This document shows positions 58,228 to 64,000 of a stretch of 64,000 nucleotides of DNA, one piece after another. Each line of letters starts with the position of its first letter. Within the stretch, counting starts at the first letter, position 1. The DNA is taken from contig CAXBMO010000010.1 in assembly GCA_963977015.1 (NCBI GenBank), positions 1 through 64,000 of the forward strand, given 5' to 3'. Position numbers and translations under genes: made by a program. This DNA is from an uncultured bacterium (GTDB taxonomy: Bacteria; Verrucomicrobiota; Verrucomicrobiia; Verrucomicrobiales; DEV007). The notes beneath the pieces are model-generated. The model ran no database searches. It was given only the letters and a program-made list of their open reading frames with translations, and was not told the DNA's origin.

Positions 58228-58548
58228 TTAACTGTCTGCGTCTGCTTTTGCCCATGTACGGACAACATAGCGAGATGCCTTTGGTCCCAGGCTTTCAACA
58301 GCTTGTTCCTTGGTGAGTTCTTTGGAACCATCGGTGACAACGGTCACTTTCTGGGTTCCTGCCTCTTCACCTTTTTCAATGAGGACTGATTTTACGCCTG
58401 CTAGAGATGTGAACGCCGAACTGACGTCCTTTTTACAGCCTGCTCAAGTTACGCCGGTCATACCGGCCGTGTAGGTTGCTTCACCTGCCAAAGCCGAACC
58501 GGCGAAGGCAAATGCGAGCAATCCGAGGGTTGCCATTAGTTTTTTCAT
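58228..58548 (-). CDS. Exported heavy-metal-associated (HMA/MerP-like) protein with in-frame UGA; probable selenoprotein (UxxC)
   Basis: Hand translation: MKKLMATLGLLAFAFAGSALAGEATYTAGMTGVT*AGCKKDVSSAFTSLAGVKSVLIEKGEEAGTQKVTVVTDGSKELTKEQAVESLGPKASRYVVRTWAKADADS. The TGA (58444-58446) sits at the first Cys of the HMA CxxC motif and is followed by a SECIS-like hairpin. Confidence 0.82.
58411..58429 (-). promoter_or_regulatory. Candidate bacterial SECIS stem-loop
   Basis: mRNA GGACGUC-AGUUC-GGCGUUC forms a 7-bp stem (two G-U pairs) with a 5-nt loop and G at loop position 2. The loop starts 21 nt after the UGA. Confidence 0.6.
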
Positions 58549-58732
58549 CGATGGTATTTTAACTTTACGATTTGTTTGCCGTCAACTGATGATGACAGCG
58601 CAAGTCTAGACGTCCACCTCACGGATCTATTACAAGAAAGTTCACACTTTGATCGATTTTTGGAGGTTGGATCGAAAATTCAACCCATTTCGCGATTGCG
58701 ACCGCCGCAGATTCGCGAATGATCCCCTCGAA

Positions 58733-61528
58733 ATGCCGAATCTGCTCCCCGGACAACGTTGGATAAGCCAGACCGAACCCGAAATGGGGTTGGGGACGGT
58801 GGTGGAACTCGAAGGTCGTCGCGTCACGCTTGAGTTCCCCGTCGTCGAAGAACGTCGAACTTACGTCGCCGCTTCCGCTCCCTTGCAACGCGCACTTTTT
58901 CAGGTCGGGGAACAGATTGAAACGGAAGAGGGGCAACGAATCACCGTGGAGAAGGTCGAGGAGAAGAACGGGCTTTTGACCTATTTCGAGGGCGATGTGG
59001 CGATTCCTGAGGGACTGATTTCGGCCCGCTCAAGCGGGGGAGGGCTTCTGGGGCGCCTTTATTCGACCATCATGTTTGATGATCCCGCAGATTTCGATTT
59101 GCGATTTCAGACGCTCAAGCTGGATGCCGAGTATCGCAAACTCCCGGTGCGAGGCTTGATTGGAGGGCGCGTGGAACTCATTCCCCACCAACAGTTTATC
59201 GCTCGCGAGGTCGTTTCGCGAAGGGTGCCTCGCGTTTTGTTGGCCGATGAGGCGGGACTGGGCAAAACGATTGAGGCGGGATTGATTTTGCATCGCCTGC
59301 TGTTGAGTGGCCGTGCGAATCGCGTCCTGGTCGTGGTCCCGGAATCCTTGGCGCATCAGTGGTTTGTCGAGTTGCTCAGGAGATTCAATCTTGCCTTCAC
59401 CCTGGTCGACCAGAGCTATTGTGAAGCGGTTGAAATGCATGATGCGGAAGGGAATCCCTTCACCGGTGTGCAACTTGCCCTGACGACGATTGAATTCCTG
59501 ACCGGAGCGCCAAACCGGCTCGAGCAGGCCAGCCAGGCGAGTTGGGATGTGTTGGTCGTCGATGAGGCTCATCATTTGGCATGGGAGCCCGGAAATCCAA
59601 GCCCTGAATATTCCGCGATTGAACTTCTCGCGCTCAAAACTCCCGGGTTGCTGCTACTGACCGCGACTCCCCGCCAGGTTGGCGAAACCGGTCACTTTGC
59701 CCGCCTGCGCCTGTTGGATCCGGTCCGGCACAGCGATTTTGAGCGCCACCTCGAAGAGAACAAGCATCTCCCGGAAGTGGCCAAGGCTGCCGCAAAACTG
59801 GCCGGAGGCAAAAATCTTACGGATGCTGAGTGGAAGGCATTTGGAGGGAAGGTGAAGCGGGTTGATCTCGAGGATCCAAAGGCGAAAGCCCGGCTGATCC
59901 AGGAACTGATCGATCGCCACGGAATCGGACGCGTCATGTTCCGGAATGTCCGCGCGGCGCTGGAAGGGAACTTTCCCGAGCGGATTCTCAAGCCGGCTCC
60001 TCTGGAGTTGTATTACGAAGAGGCGAGGGAGGCGATGCACGAGGAGTTTTTGTCCGATGTCGCGTTCGGCAAGGCTCCGGAATATGATTTCTTCGACGAT
60101 CCGCGAGGGGGATGGTTGCTCCGGCTCCTTGAGGATTTGGAGGGCGAAAAGGTTTTGCTCATCAGTTCAAGCCGGGAAAAAGCGGAAGCAATTGCCGCGG
60201 CACTCTCCGCCAACGAGGTCGCGGTGGGAGTCTTTCACGAGGGGCTGGAAATGATCCAACGCGATCGGGAAGCCGCCCGATTTGCGGAAGAGAAAGGCTG
60301 TCAGATACTGGTTTGTTCAGAAATCGGGAGTGAAGGGCGAAATTTCCAGTTTGCCCAGCATCTCGCCCTCTGGGATCTGCCGTTGAATCCGGCGGTGTTG
60401 GAGCAACGGATCGGGCGACTCGATCGGATTGGGCAACCTGGAAACGTCAACATTCACGTTCCGTTCGCGGCAGGGACGGGGCAGGAAGTGCTTTTCCGGT
60501 GGCTGCACGAAGGAATCGACGCGTTTGAGGCTCCGAGCGAAGGGGGCGATCTCTTCGTCGAGAAATTCGCCGCGCGGGTTCGTGATCTCGGCAAGCAGGT
60601 GGGTTCGGGCGACGCCAAGAAATGGGAAAAGGACGTCAAAACTTTGATCAAGGAAACGCGGAAATACTGCGACGAGGTGAACGCGATGCTGGACGAGGGG
60701 CGCGATTATCTTCTCGAACTGGCGTCCTGCCGCCCCAGAATGGCGAAGCAGATTTGCGATGGCATAGCCGCAGTTGATGCCGATACCCGGTTGGAGGAAT
60801 ACATGCTGGACCTGGTGGAGGCTCTTGGCTGGGATGTTGAGCGAATTGAAGATGGCGCCTACGTCCTCGATCCCGAAGGCCAGGAAACAGCCGCGTTGCC
60901 CGGGCTCAGTTTCGATGGCTGCTCAATTACGTTTCGGCGGTCAAGGGCTCAGGAGCGGGAAGATTGGCAATTCATCACCTGGGATCACCCCGCGGTTCGC
61001 GAGGCCATGGAACACATTGTGCGTGGCGAGCGGGGAACCATTTCCATCGGGAATACCAAAGCGCTCAACACCGGAACCAAGTGGGTCGTCGAGTGCATCT
61101 ATGTCTTGGAGTCTCAGGCGCCGCCTTCGTTGAATGCGGATCGTTTTCTCCCGCCGACTCCGATCCGCGTTGTGATCGGTGATGACGGCAAAAATCGCAC
61201 CAAGGAGTATCCGACGAACGCCTTGGCGGGTGACGTTTGGCCCCGGAAACGGCGCCCGGAATTACCCGAAGGACTGCCCGATTCGATCAAAACCTCCGGG
61301 GATCTCGCGGATGCTCATTGTCAGAAACTGATCGAGGCCGCGCTCAAACGCGTTGAAAAGCTCTACTCCGCGGAGATTAGCCGGCTGAAGCAGTTGATCG
61401 AGCGCAATCCATTGGTCGACAAGAGCGAACTGGAGGTGGTGATGACGGAGGGCCGCCAAGTCATCTCTGCCATTCGAGTTGCGCAGCCCCGATTGGATTC
61501 CGTGCGAGTGGTATTGTCCCTCGTTTAG
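58733..61528 (+). CDS. rapA: RNA polymerase-associated SWI2/SNF2 ATPase RapA
   Basis: GQRWISQTEPEMGLG, LADEAGLGKT, VVDEAHHL, LLTATP, SEIGSEGRNFQ, EQRIGRLDRIGQ and FITWDHP motifs. Confidence 0.95.
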   Translation: MPNLLPGQRWISQTEPEMGLGTVVELEGRRVTLEFPVVEERRTYVAASAPLQRALFQVGEQIETEEGQRITVEKVEEKNGLLTYFEGDVAIPEGLISARSSGGGLLGRLYSTIMFDDPADFDLRFQTLKLDAEYRKLPVRGLIGGRVELIPHQQFIAREVVSRRVPRVLLADEAGLGKTIEAGLILHRLLLSGRANRVLVVVPESLAHQWFVELLRRFNLAFTLVDQSYCEAVEMHDAEGNPFTGVQLALTTIEFLTGAPNRLEQASQASWDVLVVDEAHHLAWEPGNPSPEYSAIELLALKTPGLLLLTATPRQVGETGHFARLRLLDPVRHSDFERHLEENKHLPEVAKAAAKLAGGKNLTDAEWKAFGGKVKRVDLEDPKAKARLIQELIDRHGIGRVMFRNVRAALEGNFPERILKPAPLELYYEEAREAMHEEFLSDVAFGKAPEYDFFDDPRGGWLLRLLEDLEGEKVLLISSSREKAEAIAAALSANEVAVGVFHEGLEMIQRDREAARFAEEKGCQILVCSEIGSEGRNFQFAQHLALWDLPLNPAVLEQRIGRLDRIGQPGNVNIHVPFAAGTGQEVLFRWLHEGIDAFEAPSEGGDLFVEKFAARVRDLGKQVGSGDAKKWEKDVKTLIKETRKYCDEVNAMLDEGRDYLLELASCRPRMAKQICDGIAAVDADTRLEEYMLDLVEALGWDVERIEDGAYVLDPEGQETAALPGLSFDGCSITFRRSRAQEREDWQFITWDHPAVREAMEHIVRGERGTISIGNTKALNTGTKWVVECIYVLESQAPPSLNADRFLPPTPIRVVIGDDGKNRTKEYPTNALAGDVWPRKRRPELPEGLPDSIKTSGDLADAHCQKLIEAALKRVEKLYSAEISRLKQLIERNPLVDKSELEVVMTEGRQVISAIRVAQPRLDSVRVVLSLV

Positions 61529-61546
61529 CGGGACGGCTCGACCCGT

Positions 61547-63007
61547 TCAGCTGAGTTTTTCCTCCAGGAGTTGCCGGACCATTTTCGGGTCGGCATTTCC
61601 CTGGCTTTTCTTCATCACCTGACCCAACAGCGCGTTGATCGCTTTCGGATTTCCACTTTTTACCTGCTCAACCGGCCCCGGATTCGCGGCGATCACTTCA
61701 TCCACGAACACTGCGATTTCACCCGCATCGGCGGCCTCAAATCCCATTTCTTTCGCGATATCGGCGGGCTTTTTATCCGGTTCGGTGAACAATTGCGCAA
61801 AAACTTCCTTCGCCTGATTGTTGTTGATCTGGCCATCTTCGATCAAGCCAACCAAATCCCGAAGCTGCTCCGGTTTGACCGGGCTTTCCGCGATCGAAAG
61901 ATCCGATTCCTTGAGCACGCTGAGTAGATTATTGATGACCCAGTTCGCGATTTTCTTCCCAAACTGGGTCTTCTTCGCGGCAGACTCAAAGTAGTTCGCG
62001 AGTTCGAGATCCGCCGAAAGGACGCCCCCATCATAGGCAGTCACTCCAAATTCGGACATGAAACGTTCCTGCTTTTCATGGGGCAGTTCGGGAACATGAG
62101 GCTTCACCGCCTTCAGGATATTTTGGGTGCGAATGGGCAACAAATCGGGATCCGGAAAGTAGCGGTAATCGTGGGCATTTTCCTTCGTTCGCATGATCTC
62201 CGTCTGCCCGGTTTCGTCGTTCCACCGCCACGTGGCTTGAACGATGGAATTCCCGTCCTCAATCTCGTCAATCTGGCGATCGATTTCGTAATGAAGCGCA
62301 CGACGCACCGCACTGACCGAGTTCATGTTCTTGAGCTCAATTTTCGTTCCAAACTCCTTCTGATCTTTGGGCCGAACACTGACATTCACGTCGCATCGCA
62401 TCTGGCCCTTCTCCATGTCGGCATCGCTCACGCCACCGTAACCAAGAATCTGGCGCAGGGAATTCAGATACGCGGCCGCCTCTTCCGGACTGTCGATTTC
62501 CGGTTCCGAGACGATTTCCATCAGCGGAGTTCCCGCCCGGTTGAAATCGATCGTCGTCATTTTGGCGTGATGGGTGCTTTTTGCGACGTCTTCCTCGAGA
62601 TGAATCCGGGTTAATCCCACTTTCTTGCCCGGATTCACGATCTTTTTCTGCGCATCTTTCGGGTAGGCCAACTCATAGAGCGGAACGCCTCCGCCCTCGC
62701 ACAATGGCAGATCAAACTGGCTGATCTGGTAGTTTTTCGGCATGTCCGGGTAGTAGTAATTCTTTCGGTCCCATTTGCTGATTTCCGGTGTCGTGCAGCC
62801 GAGCATTTGACCCGTCAAAATGGTCATTTCGATGGCGCGCTCGTTCAGAACCGGAAGCGCTCCGGGAAGTCCCAGGCAGACCGGGCAAATCAGGGTATTG
62901 GGGTCTGAGCCAAACCGTACAGGACAGCCGCAGAACATTTTGCTCTGGGTTTTGAGCTGAACGTGAACCTCAAGACCGATGGTGACGATGAAATCCTTCG
63001 ATGCCAT
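61547..63007 (-). CDS. gatB: Asp/Glu-tRNA amidotransferase subunit B
   Basis: IGLEVHVQL, RKNYYYPDMPKNYQISQ, HLEED, NRAGTPLMEIVSEP and DYRYFPDPDL motifs. Confidence 0.98.
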   Translation of the reverse strand: MASKDFIVTIGLEVHVQLKTQSKMFCGCPVRFGSDPNTLICPVCLGLPGALPVLNERAIEMTILTGQMLGCTTPEISKWDRKNYYYPDMPKNYQISQFDLPLCEGGGVPLYELAYPKDAQKKIVNPGKKVGLTRIHLEEDVAKSTHHAKMTTIDFNRAGTPLMEIVSEPEIDSPEEAAAYLNSLRQILGYGGVSDADMEKGQMRCDVNVSVRPKDQKEFGTKIELKNMNSVSAVRRALHYEIDRQIDEIEDGNSIVQATWRWNDETGQTEIMRTKENAHDYRYFPDPDLLPIRTQNILKAVKPHVPELPHEKQERFMSEFGVTAYDGGVLSADLELANYFESAAKKTQFGKKIANWVINNLLSVLKESDLSIAESPVKPEQLRDLVGLIEDGQINNNQAKEVFAQLFTEPDKKPADIAKEMGFEAADAGEIAVFVDEVIAANPGPVEQVKSGNPKAINALLGQVMKKSQGNADPKMVRQLLEEKLS

Positions 63008-63058
63008 GCAGGTGTAAACCGTGCGAACGGCCAAAGTGCAAAGGCAAAAACGCGGAAT

Positions 63059-63979
63059 CTAGGTGAAAATCCGCTCAATCCACGGAAGGCGCTTCTTGCT
63101 GCGGGTTCCCGTGATAATGGCGCGAATTTCATCGGCCATATCAATTTGGGAGAGCTCCCGGCGCAGGTCGGGATAGTCCTTGAGGGTGCGACGGACGCGG
63201 CGATGCCGCAAAATGTCGAAATACTTGTTGTACTGCATTCCCCCGGCGATCAGCGTATTGATCTCCGGATCTTCGTAAAGTTCCATCACCGCCGGATGTT
63301 TCGCGATTTCCCGTGTGTCTTTGTGGCTGCGAAGCTGTTGGGCGAGGCTGGGATGGTAGCTTGCGATCAACAAATGAGCGAGATTTCGCCGGGCGACCGG
63401 TGTGATGGGATCGACCGTGTTAAGGATTTGCTGGCTTTTCGGGAGATTTTCCACAGCATTCCGCCAACGAACCGCTGCGATCGTTTTTGGATAGTTTTCT
63501 CTCGACCACTGGCCGGCTCTTGCGGAGATCTTGTCGACTTCATTCAACTCCCACATCGTGCCGTTGACGCGCACCAGCAGAGCCAGCAACAGAAGTACCG
63601 CGGCCGTGGGCAACAGGCTGAGAACCGCTCCGCTTCCGCCATACATCCAGTTTCCCAGAAACGAGTCTTTTCCAAACACCTTCAGAAAACAGGCCTTCGT
63701 GACAAGTCTCACCAAACTGAAGGTGATGATTGCCAAGCCAATGCTGACCACGACGGTCATGTTACCGTTCAGGTTCACATCCCCGTAGCGCCGAAGGAGG
63801 TCAAGTCCGTTATTACAAGCCCACCAACCTGCGAGACCTCCCGCAAGCCAGCTCGATAAGGCCCAGAGCAGGGACATCGCGCCCTTGGTCCAGGACCGAA
63901 TCGCCATGTAGATGGCGAACATGGTGCCGATCAGCACAAAGATCGAATCTTCGGCCATGAACTCGCCCGCATCCATCAA
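63059..63979 (-). CDS. Membrane protein, CvpA-like N-terminus with soluble C-terminal domain
   Basis: Four hydrophobic helices with a CvpA-like layout (RSWTKGAM...; NWMYGGSGAVL), followed by a hydrophilic tail. Confidence 0.65.
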   Translation of the reverse strand: MMDAGEFMAEDSIFVLIGTMFAIYMAIRSWTKGAMSLLWALSSWLAGGLAGWWACNNGLDLLRRYGDVNLNGNMTVVVSIGLAIITFSLVRLVTKACFLKVFGKDSFLGNWMYGGSGAVLSLLPTAAVLLLLALLVRVNGTMWELNEVDKISARAGQWSRENYPKTIAAVRWRNAVENLPKSQQILNTVDPITPVARRNLAHLLIASYHPSLAQQLRSHKDTREIAKHPAVMELYEDPEINTLIAGGMQYNKYFDILRHRRVRRTLKDYPDLRRELSQIDMADEIRAIITGTRSKKRLPWIERIFT

Positions 63980-64000
63980 TCGTCTCCGTGCCAGCAGTCC

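Noticed and set aside
58228-58548. Reading the HMA gene as a pseudogene or as evidence of genetic code 4/25
   Set aside because: The single TGA falls exactly on the motif Cys with an intact frame, hairpin and terminator, and TGA ends other genes normally. A pseudogene is not excluded but is less likely.
58733-61528. SNF2 helicase as a defence-system component
   Set aside because: N- and C-terminal motifs match housekeeping RapA, and there are no methylase or nuclease neighbours.
1-64000. CRISPR arrays, tRNA/rRNA genes, transposases, intein in dnaE
   Set aside because: No regularly spaced repeats, cloverleaf-like sequences or transposase motifs were seen by eye, and DnaE length is ordinary.

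Overview
A gene-dense, moderately GC-rich bacterial chromosomal segment. Its content (DUF1501 and DUF1549/DUF1553 proteins, sulfatase, PQQ-type beta-propeller, ExbB/ExbD-TPR cluster, HTH_17-receiver regulator) points to the PVC superphylum, most likely Verrucomicrobiota; this is inference. Housekeeping genes include a long pyruvate:ferredoxin oxidoreductase running off the left edge, uvrC, holB, tmk, bamD, lptE, rsmI, dnaE, rapA, gatB, pilT, trkH and a cysteine desulfurase. There are two main discoveries. (1) A 106-aa exported heavy-metal-associated (HMA/MerP-like) gene at 58228-58548 (-), missed by the ORF track. It has an in-frame TGA exactly at the first Cys of the CxxC motif (GVT-U-AGC), followed by a bacterial SECIS-like hairpin, so it is a probable selenoprotein. 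(2) A two-gene module (41361-43569) encoding a tandem winged-helix protein with a GrpE-type head and an Hsp70/actin-fold ATPase with no substrate-binding domain. Other notable items are several palindromic MITE/REP-like elements (one inserted in a CTAG that supplies both flanking stop codons), an NDH-2/cNMP/CBS fusion, a 1003-aa beta-rich protein with 29-aa helical repeats, and two probable pseudo-enzymes. No rRNA, tRNA, CRISPR array or transposase was recognised. All calls come from reading motifs by eye, without database searches.
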